From assembly GCA_951406725.2 (NCBI GenBank), contig OX597826.1, forward strand, positions 84,134,001-84,198,000: a stretch of DNA of 64,000 nt, given 5' to 3'. This document shows, in pieces, positions 1 to 12,615 of the stretch (its first letter is position 1; every line of letters begins with the position of its first letter). A model generated the notes under the pieces. The model did not search any database. It was not told where the DNA came from and saw only the letters and a program-made list of their open reading frames with translations. Position numbers and translations under genes: made by a program. Source of the stretch: Octopus vulgaris. Lineage: Eukaryota.

Positions 1-322
1 GTTTAAATCACTTTCCATTGCTTTCGGTTTTTTACACGCGTAACAATTAAATTAATTTAACAATTAAGAAAAAAAAAATTAGGGTTAGGGTTAGTTACAG
101 GATGTTGTCTCAGTTTTAGACGCAGCAAATGATTTTAGCTCAAAAGAGAGCATAGGATTGGTTAAAATTTGAAAAATTAAACTATGTTAAACAAACAAAT
201 TACAATTTTCTCAAGAAAGCCAAGAGAAAAAATTGTTTTATTTTGACACATTCTACCAGTATACGAAGTTTTAAAGTGTTTAGTTAACTAGAAATTGTCT
301 GCCGTTCAAAAGGAAAAGATCC
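1..322 (-). repeat. Dispersed repeat with terminus GGATCTTTT(C)CTTTTGAACGGC (non-autonomous element end)
   Basis: Reverse complement of similar segments at ~2536-2797, ~25887-26190 and ~26465-26655. Contains a short TTAGGG run at ~79-93. Confidence 0.7.
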
Positions 323-660
323 TTAAAAGATATCCATTTTCTTCAAAGTTTTGACGCAAAACATCGGATTGTGTGAATTTTCTGAAAGTCCTCCCCCAGT
401 TCGTTGGCGCAAATTTTTGTTTTATATCCATTCTTTTACACCTATTACACATTTTTGGTTTGTTTTGGCGGCCAGGTGTTAAAGTAGTAATTAACGGAAT
501 GGAAAGGAGTTTCAGACAATTCACATAATCCGTCTTTCTCCGCCCCCCCCCCCCTCATAACTTTTATGAAAATGGATATCTTTTAATGAAATTTTGTACA
601 ATTATCTTGATTTAAAAGAAATTGTATGCAAAAAAATGTTTTGAAAATTTGTTCACCTTA

Positions 661-1058
661 GGCATAGGAGTAGCTGTATGGTAAGCAGCTTGCTTACAAA
701 CAACAAGGTTCCGGGTTCAGTCCCACTGCGTGGCACTTTGGGCAAGTGTCTTCTACTATAGCCTCGAGGCGACCAAAGCATTGTGAATGGATTTGGTAGA
801 CGGAAACTGAAAGAAGCCCGTCGTATATATGTATATATATATATATATGTGTGTGTGTGTATGTTTGTGTTTTTGTCCTGCCAACATCACTTGACAACCG
901 ATGCTGGTGTGTTTACGTTCCCGTAACTTAGCGGTTCGGCAAAAGAGACCGATAGAATAAGTACTAGGCTTACAAAGAATAAGTCCTGGGGTCGATTTGC
1001 TCGACTAAAGGCGGTGCTTCAGCATGGCCACAGTCAAATGACAAACAATTAAAAGAGT
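661..1058 (+). mobile_element. tRNA-derived SINE, family A (main family in window)
   Basis: tRNA-like head with B-box-like GGTTCAGTCCC, internal (TA)/(TG) tract and 3' tail GGCGGTGC..CAGCATGGCC..hairpin..AAAC. Many copies in the window. Confidence 0.9.
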
Positions 1059-1088
1059 TACCACTTTGGACTGATTTTGGGAGTAATG

Positions 1089-1166
1089 TCTGACTTTCGC
1101 TGTTGATCAAGGAAAACGTGCTTGCTGCAGTGATCCAAGAATTTTGCCTCTAACATCGCAATACGA
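1089..1166 (-). pseudogene. Degenerate 18S rRNA fragment with an internal deletion
   Basis: Minus strand reads CGTATTGCGATGTTAGAGGCAAAATTCTTGGATC...CAAGCACGTTTTCCTTGATCAACAGCGAAAGTCAG, resembling conserved 18S segments TAGAGGTGAAATTCTTGGA and GTTTTCATTAATCAAGAACGAAAGT. Confidence 0.6.
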
Positions 1167-1454
1167 GAAGGCAGGAGCAAGGGCAGAGAAAAGTATGCTA
1201 TTAAAATGAATTATTGTTTACATAATTGACAACCCGAAGATTTAACTGCCTTGATTCGACGGGAAGAGTTGAGTGTCGTTCCATGATGGGTGAGAGTTCA
1301 ATCTCTGGTTCAATCACACTGAATACAAATATTGTATGATTGAGCCGGAGATTGAACTCACCCCCTTGTGTACCCCCAAACGCTTACACCCACCCATCCA
1401 TTAACCCGAATGAAAATGAAGAATCTTAAAACTATATTTTCCCACTTAATTTAA

Positions 1455-2240
1455 TTCCGTTTACGTCAGACTATTTTTTTTTTAAACTTGTCTTTGCCGA
1501 GCCAAATTATGACAGATTGCACGACAAACGTTAAATCTCTCTTGTCCTCCTCTTCTGGCATCACTTAATTAGCTACCATGTTTCCTAATTGTGCTGAATG
1601 CAATTTAAGGTCTTGCTCTACCTTTCTCCAATTTCACAAAGATGTTTTATTGACAAACTCGTTTTATTGTTTTTAGCATTACATTCTCACCGGAACTCTC
1701 ACCACTTGTTGCCTTTGTTTAATTTTGTTAATCATTTGTCCTGTCTATAGTTTCCGTCCATGGACCCGTATGTCAATGGTAAGTGAAAATTAAGATTCTT
1801 AATCTCAACTTTTCCTACTGATTTTTTTCTGTTTACGTCTGACTATTTGTTAAAACTTGTCCTTCCCGTCGTGCCAAGTTATATCAGTTTGTTCTAGAAA
1901 TGCACGACAAACGTTAAATCTCTTTCGTCCACCTCAAAATCATTAAAATCTTTCATTAGCGTATTCTTTTGGTATCACTTAATTAGCCACCATATAATAT
2001 AATGTAAATGTTTCGTAACTGCTCTACCTTTCTCCAATTTCACAGCAATGAATCAGACACAAAGATGTTTTATTGTCAGACACTAATACCACCATAAATG
2101 TTGTATTTAGCATTACACTCTCACCGAAATATCACCTGAACTCTCACCACTTTTGATTCTCAACTCATAAAAACACCCCGTTTGCTCTTAACCCGTTGCC
2201 TTTGTTTAATTTTGTTAATCATTGTCCTATCTGTAGATTA
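1455..2240. repeat. Diverged local direct duplication (two copies, ~1455-1750 and ~1830-2240)
   Basis: Blocks GCACGACAAACGTTAAATCTCT, CACTTAATTAGC, GCTCTACCTTTCTCCAATTTCACA and GTTGCCTTTGTTTAATTTTGTTAATCATT each occur twice in the same order. Confidence 0.75.
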
Positions 2241-2797
2241 AGATTATCGTCTGTGATTGCCGCTTTAATTTTGTTAACCCTTCTAGGCCTCAGTCCAATG
2301 ACTGAAACAAGTAGAAAGTAAAAGTGTTATCTTATATCGTTTACTTGTTTCATTCACTAGACTGCGACCATACTGGGGCACCGCATCAAAGGTTTTGGTC
2401 AAATTGTAAACAAACCAACACTGGTTGTCAAGTGGTGGTGGGACACAGATACACACTCGCGCACGACAGGCTTCTCAGTTTTCGCCAACTCACAAGGCTT
2501 TTGTCAGCCACGGTTCCTATTATATACAGAAGACGGATCTTTTCCTTTTGAACGGCACTTTTCAACACAATTTCTAGTTAACTAAACACTTTTAAACTTT
2601 GTATACTGGTAGAATGTGTTTATAAAACATCATTTTTTCTTGGCTTTATTGAGAAAATTCTATATGTTGTAACATATTTCGTCTTTAATTTCGAGCATTT
2701 TGGCAATTTTAACCAATCGCTGACATCCATTTAGGTAAATAACATTCTGTGCATAATGAATATGTCCCTCCTTTAAGAAACAGATTGGGCTTATTTA

Positions 2798-3338
2798 TGT
2801 ACAGTCACCGGAAGTAACTTGCACGGACACCGGAAATACATCTGCCATCAACAGAGAAAACAAAGCAACTACCCCCAGCGACTTGCCTGACCTTTCATTG
2901 GACAAAAGCTACCTACCTGCCATTCTATTGGACACTGGCTAAACATCACTGCTGATATTTTTGTATAAATAGACATCATAAATCGCTGTAAAGCAGTTGG
3001 CCTTTTGGCACTGGACTGATGTAAATCGTGTCCCTTTCGCCTGCCACGCTCGCCACTCACGCCACCTCGAACCTTTGTACTGCCATTTCACGCCTGAAAT
3101 AACTCGCTGTATAAACTTACACCTCTTATCTGCTAGTCATTTCAACTACTGCTTTCGTCTGTCCAGTTTTGCTGATTACGACCACAGTCATTCTCAGAGC
3201 TAATTCAAGTCTGATCTGAATGCGATAACAGTCCTTTTTAGGACTATTCTTGGATCGGATCTAATTGTGATAACCGTCCTTTTAAGGGCTACCCTCAGAT
3301 CAGAACAGAAGTAGTGGCCAAGAATCATACCCGCTACA
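2798..3338 (+). mobile_element. 5' LTR of a Ty3/Gypsy retrotransposon
   Basis: Begins TGTA, ends TACA, and is followed after 2 nt by a PBS and gag-like sequence. Confidence 0.8.
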
Positions 3339-3340
3339 AT

Positions 3341-3353
3341 TGGTGACCCCGAC
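3341..3353 (+). promoter_or_regulatory. Primer-binding site, complementary to tRNA-Trp 3' end
   Basis: TGGTGACCCCGAC directly after the LTR. Confidence 0.8.
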
Positions 3354-3387
3354 AACGAATCAAGCGAACAGCATATCAAGAATCAGC

Positions 3388-4734
3388 ATGGACACGCCAA
3401 AACCAACAACAGAGGCCGATATACCAACCACACAAGCAGCTTTAACCAGGAAGGTCCCTGTTTTTTTGGTCCAACGACCCAGCCCTGTGGTTCGCCCACA
3501 TAGAAGCACAATTTGCCGCGAATAGAATCAAGCATGACTCTGCAAAACTCATGCACATCATTAGGTCAGTCCCACCAGAATGAATTAATGATGCGAACTA
3601 CCACATCACAGCAGAAACGACTCAACCAACTTGTGTCTGCAGAAGAGTTGGGGGACAGAAAACTGTCCAAACTGCTGCGTAAAATGAGACAGCTGATGGA
3701 GGACCAACCGCTGTCAGAAGAGGTCCTGAAACAGCTTTATCTACAGCGCCTGCCCTTACCAATGCAGGGCATTCTGGCGTCGACCAACGACACAGCAACT
3801 CCGGAGGAACTTGCGCGTGTTGCAGATAGAATCGCTGAGGTGTCAAACCCCTTTCCTTCTGTGGCACAAATCAACCATCGGACGAACCCTTTCAAAGCGT
3901 CCTTAGACTCTACCTCCGGGATTGCAGAACTGCGAGCTATGATCAGAGAGCAGGCTGGTCAAATTAAAGTCCTCACAAACAAGCTAGAAAACTGGACCTT
4001 GGAAACACACTGGCGGCGCAGTAACAGTTCATAAAGTCCACTCACCGTCGAAGATCCAGAAGTCCCAGTCAAAATCGTGTGTCTGGCAACATCTGCTGGT
4101 ATCACTCAGAATTCGGCGCACGGGCATCTAAGTGCAAGTCCCCGTGCTCTTTCCTGAATACCACCCAGGGAAATGGGTAGACCAGGGCCTAGCGACGACG
4201 TTCACCCCTGGTACTGAGAAAAAAAAATCATCTGTTTTTTATTAACGACCAAGCGACGGGTATCCGCTATCTCGTGGATACAGGAGCCCAGGTTAGTGTT
4301 ATTCCTGTTTCACTAGTCTCGGGCAAACGACATCCAACACCGTCCTTTCTGCAGGCAGTGAACCGATCGTCAATTCTGACTTTCGGTGAGAAATCACTGA
4401 CCCTGAATCTAGGCCTGAGGCGTCGTTTCCAGTTCATTTTCGTCATGGCAGACCTACCAACCCCTATCTTAGGAACCGATTTTCTCCACCACTTCAACCT
4501 TCTGGTGGACATGAAGAACTGGAGGCTTATTGACACCACCACAAACCTCACTGTGAGAGGTATATTTACCACGCAACCGACAGTGAGCCCTGTAATCTGT
4601 CAGTCAGAGCCTTCGCGTTACAACTGCATTCTCCAGAAATATCCAGACATCACTCGCCCGGTATGTAAAGATGGACCCATTAAACATCGTGTCACACATC
4701 ACATCGAGACACGAGGACCACCCACAGCTGCCCG
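3388..4734 (+). pseudogene. Gypsy gag-protease-pol start, disrupted
   Basis: Gag-like LGDRKLSKLLRKM..LP..MQGILA, Cys/His motif CWYH..FG..A.KC..PC (~4095-4147), aspartic protease LVDTGAQVSVIP and PILGTDFL. Frameshifts and stops present. Confidence 0.9.
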
Positions 4735-5012
4735 ACAAAAGGTACGTCACGTAATACGATGTCAATGAACTGTTGAAAAGTTTGTGCAGCGTTGCGCAGA
4801 CCGAACAGCATTCGCAGGAATTTGAATAAACCGAAGTGTTGTGATTGCCGTCTTTGGAATATCAGCAGGCTCCACATGTATCTGGTTATATGCCCGCACC
4901 AAATCTATCTTAGAAAAGATGCGTGCGCCTTGCAGGGGCAGAAAAATCGTGCAAGTGAGGTACAGGGTAATTATCGGGCACTGTGGTATTGTTGAGTGCA
5001 CGATAATCCCCA
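4735..5012 (-). pseudogene. Gypsy reverse-transcriptase fragment, inverted relative to gag/protease
   Basis: Minus strand encodes [29 protein letters not shown] and [15 protein letters not shown]. Confidence 0.9.
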
Positions 5013-6959
5013 AAATTTCAGACCCTGGGCCTATAGTGGGAAGGGATTATTATTATTATTGCTACTACTGATCATCAGGCTCCCCTGTTCCCAACACGCT
5101 CTGTGCAGAGTTCAGTACACCATTGGCTGATATGGCAGATGTATGCCCTGAGACTATGTTCTGTGTAGAAATTTCTGGATGCTAAGCTGATGTGGTCAGA
5201 GATGTTTTTGTCCAGCTTCTTTGACAGAGCTACAGTCCTCTGTCCAATAAAGACCAAAACTGGACACTTGTTATTTGGAATGTGGTCAAGTATTCACAGT
5301 TCTCTAACAGTCTGACAATGCAGTTAGTAACAGGTGAGCCCTTTCATTCTTGTGAGTGGATTTGGTAGATGGAAACTAACAGAAGCTCATCACGTGTGTG
5401 TGTGTCTTTGTCTTGACAACATTATAAATGAATGTTATTCATTTCCAAAATGCAAAACCATGTCAGACCATGGAGAAATATCACCTTACTTGGAAACACA
5501 TGAGGGTTGGCTACAGGAAGGGCATCCAGCCATAGAAAACCTGCCTCAGTTAACCCCCATCTCCTCTATGCAAGGATGGGAAAGTGAATTTCAAAAAGGA
5601 TGATTATGATATACATGTAATTGTTTCAATGTCTCGTTTTGGGGAATTGGTTTCATTTTTGGATTTGGTTTGCAAGATTCTTTATTTGAGTTCGTGTGTT
5701 GAAGCATAGTCTGTTGTCTGGGGAGAGCCATTTTCTTTTTGTGACTTATTATTTAACACACTCACTGTTAAAATTTCCACTTTTTTCTTATTTATATTTT
5801 CCTAAAATTTTCATTGTGTCTTGCAATCTTTTCAATAGTCTTGACTCTGTCCGTTATTTACACTGCATTCCCTTTTGTTTGTTTGTGCGCATGTGTGCCT
5901 GTGCATGCATATATGTGTGTGTATGCATAGGTATATATGTGTGTGCATCTGTATGTATGTATTCTGCATATTTATGTGCTTGTGTATTTTTTATGTATGT
6001 GTGTGTGTTTGTATATGTATGCACTTCTCTCTCCATGTGTGTGTGTGTTTAGCAACTATGTTTGTATGTATGGATGCGCATCTCCATGCGTGGACACGTG
6101 TCTCCATGTGTCCTTGTGTGAAGTAAAGTGTGTGTATATATGGTCATGTGTTTCAGTTTCCATTTGCGTATGTGTGCTTGTTTGTTCATATAACCTATCC
6201 ATCTGTACGTTGATCTGTTTTATTTTCATATCCATATGCTTACATATATTTGCATATATACATATATACCCACACACACACATACATCTATCTACGTAAC
6301 AGTCCACTAACTATTCTACTCTACCTGTGTAAATTGTGGGTGTGGGGGTATGTTTCAATGTCTATTTTTCCTTTTTCTTATATATATAAATGTGGTAACA
6401 GTGTGAATGTAACACTTGAATTTGGTTTCCCAGGCAGCATCAAACCAGCTGAGGAAATCCTTCCTCATCTAAAATACATCTGCAATAATCCTTGGTCGCT
6501 CAGCAGACAACCAAGATGGCTGGGTTGGTGTTCGACAGCATTTTATAGAAACAGGTAATGAGACTGTTGTTGTTGGACAGTCCTGATGGAGTAAACCTTA
6601 GACTAAAAGCATTCCAGCCATGACCATACCTTCTTTTTACAGAAACAATTATCGCTAAGAGTATATTATCTGAAGAATCTTTCTTTTCTTTAAGATTTGA
6701 GGTGCTAATTAAATTTTATATATTCAAATGAAGTTCAGATATTAAAAAAAATGAGCTTAAAAAAGAATTTATTATATCAAATAAGCAAAGAATATAACAT
6801 AGACAGGTGAATGAAAAAAATGCAAAGTAAATTTATTGTCTTTTAGAAATTTCCAAATGTATTACATCTTGCATCATTGCTGTCATTAAATAATTTAGCA
6901 ACTTCGTCCCCATTCCTGAAAAAGTGGTGGGGGTACTTGTCCTCTGGTACTTCCCTGAA

Positions 6960-9030
6960 ACAAGACTGTTGATCTCAACCTTATCAGACAAGTCGTCGGA
7001 TTTGTCCAAACAAGAGTACAAAGTAGAGTCATCAGCATAGATTATTAGCTGACAGATGATATGATTAGGCGGATTATTGATAAAAAGAAGAGAGTTGGGC
7101 TCAGGACAGATCCTTGAGGAACCCCAGCATTTATAGAATAACTAGATGACCATCAAGGACAACCTTGATCCTACCGTCATAAAGGAAAGAGGAGATGATG
7201 TTCAGCATAAAACCTGATACACCAAAGGATAGGAAATTCCATAGAAGTCCAACATGTCAAACCCTATCTTATACCTTAGAGATATCACGAGAAACTCCCC
7301 TAGCTTGACCAGATACATTCAAGGCACGATGAACATGCTTGGATATAACAGTGAGATCACCAGTTGACCATCCGGCATGGAAACCATTTTGCGAATCGGA
7401 GAATAAACAATTTGAGTCAAGATATTTTACAAGAGAGTCATTAATCAAGGACTCAAAAACTTCACTGATGATTGGTAGCAGACTAGTTAGTCTATAATTA
7501 TAAGGATTAAATTGATCACCACGTTTCTTAAAGACAGGAACAGCAGTTAGGAATTTCCATAAAGAAAACAAGATTCTAAGACAGACTTTCAGAAGAGCCA
7601 AGATAAGATAGAAGACAACTCAGGAGAGCACTTCTGAAGAACAATAACTGGAATACCATCAAGTCCAGTTGCTTTATATGGATCCAACCATGCCACAATG
7701 GCCTTATTTAGAAGTCATATGACAACTGTGTAACAGTTTATCAGTTTTGAGAAAAACATCAGGAAGTGGATGACCAGAGTCATTGAGAATATAGAGAGAA
7801 CTGAAGAGTTGAGCAAAGAGCTCAGCTTTATCATTGAATGTTGTCAAGACCTCAGATCTGTTGAATAAAGGAGGAATAGAAGACTTCTTGTCACCTCTAA
7901 CACTTTTAATAATTCTCCAGAAGTCACGAGAGCCTGCTTTCTGGGATGATATACGATCATGAATGTGCTGCCCATAGTGTGATTTAGCATCACGAATGAC
8001 AGCCCAACTGGGATTGCAAGCATTGGTAAATAGCTGTTTATTCACTGCAGAATTATCTCGCTGAAACTGGTGGGGAAAATGATTATGATGGGTGATAGCA
8101 GGAGAAGACCAGGGTGAGGAATGTGGTTTCAGCTGGTATTTGCGAGCTGGTATGAAGATGTTAATACCAGCAGAAATCCAAGTAGTAACTTCCCCAGCAC
8201 AGGCCTCAGCAGGTTTAGCAAAAATGTTGGTCCAAGGAACGTCACGAAGAAAGCCAAGAAAATTGTCCCATTCACCACAATCATAGCTGAATAGAGCATG
8301 ATGAATTGGGGATTCCTTGGCAGCAGAACAATTAAGTGAAATGCCAACTGCAACAGCAACATGATCAAATCCCTGCCAGTAGAGTCTCATGACAAACCTT
8401 ACAGATATCAGGATTTGATGGCAAAAAGAGATCAAAGAGGGAGGAAGATTGGTCATCGCGATCAGGAATGCGAGTAGGAAAGTCAACGAGTTGTTTGAGC
8501 GATTGGGAAAGTTCAAAATTATAGGCTTCAATGCCAGATGCAGTAGTGCCATGAGAAAACTTAATCCATTCTTCATGACGAATTTTAAAATCACCAAAGA
8601 CAAATATATTTGCAGACTGTATAACAGAACAATTTTGAGAAGATGGAGAACAATAGAGAAAGAACAAGTAACTAGTTGAGTGCAGAAGAGAAAGCGCATG
8701 AAAAGACAGCGGAGGATCCTCAAGATCTTTCTCACGAACGATGGGAAGATCGACATGAGCAAAGACGCCCAAGCCATGCATATGATTGTAAGAGTCCTTC
8801 TGGTAAAGAGGAAGATAGCTAGGAACAACGAAATCATCTGAAATGTCTGAACTGAGATTTGTTGTGCTCAAAGCAAGGATGTGAAAAGAGTTCTGAGCAA
8901 AAAATGACTTAACATCTGCAAGATTAGAACGGAGACCACATACATTGGTGAATGCAATAGTAAAAGGAGCAGGTGATTTAGCTGAGTCTGGTTTGCAATT
9001 TTATTTCATGGAGACTGTCATGATTGAATT
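6960..9030 (-). mobile_element. Old CR1/L2-group LINE remnant (APE endonuclease + RT), heavily disrupted
   Basis: Fragments FTNV.GLRSN, VFGDFK.RH, QLVDFPTR, DHVAV, PVFKK..YR..SLLP, SQ.GF, G.PQGSV and YADDST across several frames. Confidence 0.85.
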
Positions 9031-10252
9031 GAATGAAAAAAAAAAGACTAGCCAGGGATGATTTCCACCTTAATTAAGCAAGTAATCAGCTTCCCTTTGG
9101 TGTTCCAGCAGCTGCAGGGACAGCCACCCATGCGCGTCATGGCACTACAGATACATAGATGGTCTTTTCTGTTTCAGGCACAAGGCCTGAAATTTTGGGG
9201 GAGGGGGCCAGTCAATTACATCGACCCCTGTACACAACCGGTACTTAATATCAGTACAATATTTAAGAGATGAGGAATTATGTGCCTTGTTTACATTTGA
9301 CAGATATTTGTCAACAAATAAGATGATGACAAATATCCGTCAAATGTAAATAATGTGATACTTCATTTATATATTCCGAAAGATGAAAGGCAAAGTTGAC
9401 CTTGGCAGAATTTGAACTTAGAACATAAAGACTGATGAAATACTGCTAAGAATTTCACCCGACATGCTAACCATTCTGCCAGAAACACTGATATTATACA
9501 ACTGTCGATAGAGCAGTCTCTCCATGTGCCACCGGAGGGTTTAGGCTGCATTCAGGTCACGATTCCTGTGTGCTCTTTCTGATGACACATTTCAGCCACT
9601 TGGATATTGTGTGTGTGTGTGAGCTGTCTTGTCCTCATATCATGGGGGATTTCACCATTGCTGTCTCACAGCATTCTTCGATTTCAATGTTTGGTGTAAA
9701 CATGTCCAGCCATGGAGAAATATTCCCTAGCTCAGAAACAGATGAAGATTGGCAACAAGAAGCACATCGAGCAAGATGTACTGCTTTACATCCTTTAGCT
9801 TAGCAGTTCAGCAAAGGAAACAGATAGAATAAGTACCAGATTATAAAAGAGTATTGAGGTCAATCTATTCAACTGAAACCCTTTGCAGCAGAAACAATGT
9901 CAAATGGCATCTTTTATTCCTTCTGAAATACGTTATAAATGGAAGTGTTGTGAGAGAATGGGTCTTGTGAAGTATTTTATTCCATCATTAGTGGAGCTTG
10001 TTCTAAGACACAGCTTCAAGAGTTTGGTATCATGTGCCATGAGATTTTCTCTTACATTTGCTGTGTGATAATGCATCTGATAAGATTTCTTCCACATACT
10101 GACTGATAAAGTTGCAGTTCTCTATGTATGCAGAGATGTGCACTTTCTTCTTTTTCGCAAGAGAATCACAGCGATATGGTTTATCTCCTGTATGTGTATG
10201 TTTATATGTAGTTAGACTGCTATTGTGATAAAATTTGCCATGGATATCACAC

Positions 10253-11617
10253 TCATGACTTCTCTTCTCTATGTGTTCGCTTGTGTACAGTTACATGGCT
10301 ACTTTGTGTGAATGTTTTACCACAGATATCACAGCGAAATGGTTTCTCTCCTGTATGTATACGTCTATGTGCAGTTAAAGTGCTATTGTGAGAGAATGGT
10401 TTACTACAGATATCACAATGATATGGCTTCTCTCCTGTATGAACATATTTGTGACCAAATAGATGGATATTTTGAGAGAATGATTTACCACAGATATCAC
10501 AACGATATGGTTTCTCTCCTGTGTGAATGCTTTTGTGTTGGTTTAGATTGCTATTCACTGAGAATGATTTACCACAGATATCACAGTGATATGGCTTCTC
10601 TCCTGTATGAACACGCTTGTGCGTACTTAGAGAGTTACTGTTAAGGAATGATTTACCACAGATATCACAGTGATATGGCTTCTCTCCTGTGTGAGCAAAT
10701 TTATGTCGAGTTAGACTGTTAAATTGAGAGACTGATTTACCACAGATATCACACTGATATGGCTTCTCTCCTGTATGAGCAAATTTATGTTGAGTTAGAC
10801 TGTTAAATTGAGAGACTGATTTATCACGGATATAACATTGGAATGGTTTCTCTTCTGTATGAATACGCTTGTGTCGAGTTAGATTGCCATTTACAGAAAA
10901 TGATTTACCACAGATATCACAGTAGTATGGCTTCTCTCCTGTATGTGTACGTTTGTGTAAAATTAAATCATACATCATAAAAAATGATTTGCCACAGATA
11001 TCACAGTGACATGGCTTATCTCCTGTATGAATTCGTCTGTGTGCTGCTAAGCGACTGCTTGCACAAAAAGATTTGCCACAGATAGAACAATGATATGGAT
11101 TCTCTCCCGTGTGAATAAGTTTGTGTTTACTCAAACTATCTGGATTAGAGAATGATTTACCACAGATTTCACATTGGTACGGTTTCTCTCCTGTATGGAT
11201 ACGTTTGTGTTTACGTAGGTTGCTATTTAGAGAGAATGATTTACCACAGATTTCACATTGGAATGGTTTCTCTCCTGTATGAATACGTATGTGTCTAATT
11301 AAAGCAGCTGTATGAGTGAATGATTTACCACAAACATTACATTGATATGGTTTCTCTCCTGTATGAATACGTATGTGTCTAGTGAGAATGCTTTTTCCAG
11401 AGAACGATTTACCACAGATATCACACTGGAACAGTTTCTCTCCTGTATGAATATATGTATGAGTTATAAGGTCACCTTTTCCGGAGAATGACTTCTTACA
11501 GAAATCACATTGATAAGATGGGTTACATACATCCATTGGCTTCTCATCAATAAAACCAGTCCTTGTAGACTCTGATTCACATTTAATATTCTCCCCACAC
11601 AATTCATTTTCCATCAT
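10253..11617 (-). CDS. Tandem C2H2 (Kruppel-type) zinc-finger protein, 15 fingers, single coding exon, ~454 aa
   Basis: Uninterrupted ORF with 15 x 28-aa CxxC..H..H units joined by TGEKP linkers. The ORF-track start at 11635 is GTG; the first ATG is at 11617. Finger 9 has a Cys>Arg change. Confidence 0.95.
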   Translation of the reverse strand: MMENELCGENIKCESESTRTGFIDEKPMDVCNPSYQCDFCKKSFSGKGDLITHTYIHTGEKLFQCDICGKSFSGKSILTRHIRIHTGEKPYQCNVCGKSFTHTAALIRHIRIHTGEKPFQCEICGKSFSLNSNLRKHKRIHTGEKPYQCEICGKSFSNPDSLSKHKLIHTGENPYHCSICGKSFCASSRLAAHRRIHTGDKPCHCDICGKSFFMMYDLILHKRTHTGEKPYYCDICGKSFSVNGNLTRHKRIHTEEKPFQCYIRDKSVSQFNSLTQHKFAHTGEKPYQCDICGKSVSQFNSLTRHKFAHTGEKPYHCDICGKSFLNSNSLSTHKRVHTGEKPYHCDICGKSFSVNSNLNQHKSIHTGEKPYRCDICGKSFSQNIHLFGHKYVHTGEKPYHCDICSKPFSHNSTLTAHRRIHTGEKPFRCDICGKTFTQSSHVTVHKRTHREEKS

Positions 11618-11975
11618 ATTTCTTTCTTTCACCACAATGTATGGATCCTTTTTTGCTTTTCAGTTTTAACTTTTTATTCCACACTGGTATTTATTGTGAT
11701 ATATTTCACTGAACTGGAATTTTTGTCAATATCTGAAGAGGCTGAGAATTCCTTTCTTATTCCAAATACATTTTAAGGTGAAAACCATCTTGAACACATA
11801 ACAGACAGTGAAGTCAAGAAATATCACAAAGAATTTCAGTTAAATCAAATAATTCACAGCAACTCTTCCACAGATATCTCTTCTGTATAAAAAACTTCCT
11901 TTCAACTTTCAAAGACAGTAATGTTGATGTATCTCTCGTATAAAAGTTTCTTTAATGCCACTGTAATTTAGATGT

Positions 11976-12000
11976 CTGAAATAAAAAAGAAAAAAATTTC
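11976..12000 (-). promoter_or_regulatory. Candidate splice acceptor for the ZNF coding exon (exon would start at 11975)
   Basis: Minus strand TTTTTTTCTTTTTTATTTCAG|ACATC, ~360 nt upstream of the ATG. Confidence 0.6.
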
Positions 12001-12136
12001 CGTTAGAAAGGATAGAGCAGTGGAAATTTTAATATATTTGTAGAACGAGCTTTTGCTATACTCCTTCACATGAACAATTAAAACGTTTACTTTTTAATTT
12101 GGTGAGAAAATTACATTATACAACTTTATGGGAACC

Positions 12137-12615
12137 ATCCTCATCGTTTAACATCCGCTTTCCATGCTGGCATGGGTTGGACGATTTGATTGAGGTCTGG
12201 CGAACCAGATGGCTGCACCAGGCTCCAATCTGATCTGGCAGAGTTTCTACAGCTGGATGTCCTTCCTAATGCCAACCACTCCGAGAGTGCAGTGGGTGCT
12301 TTTATGTGCCACTGGCATGAGGGCCAGTCAGGCGGTACTGGCAGTTGCCATGCTCAAGTGGTGATTTTTATGTGCCACCTGCACAGGAGACAGTCCAGTA
12401 GCACTGGCAACGACCTCGCTCAAATGTTTTTCCACATGCTAGTAAGGCGACGCTAGTAACAATCACGCTCGAATGGTGCTTTTTATGTCCCCTGGCATGG
12501 AAGCCAGTCAGCTGCTCTGGCAACAACCATGCTCGGATGGTGCTCTTAGCGCTCCACTAGCACGGATGCCAGTCGTCGCATTTGATTTCAATTTCACTTG
12601 CAGAGTTTAGTGTCC
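12137..12615 (-). mobile_element. 5'-truncated RTE LINE, 3' UTR only
   Basis: Reverse-complement similarity to 16960-17470, including the GTGCC..GGCAC repeats and the GTTAAACGATGA tail. Confidence 0.8.

Noticed and set aside
79-93. TTAGGG run as a telomere
   Set aside because: Only 2-3 units, embedded in a dispersed repeat.
5696-6307. Cys/Val/Tyr-rich ORFs
   Set aside because: Degenerate (TG)/(TA) low-complexity sequence.
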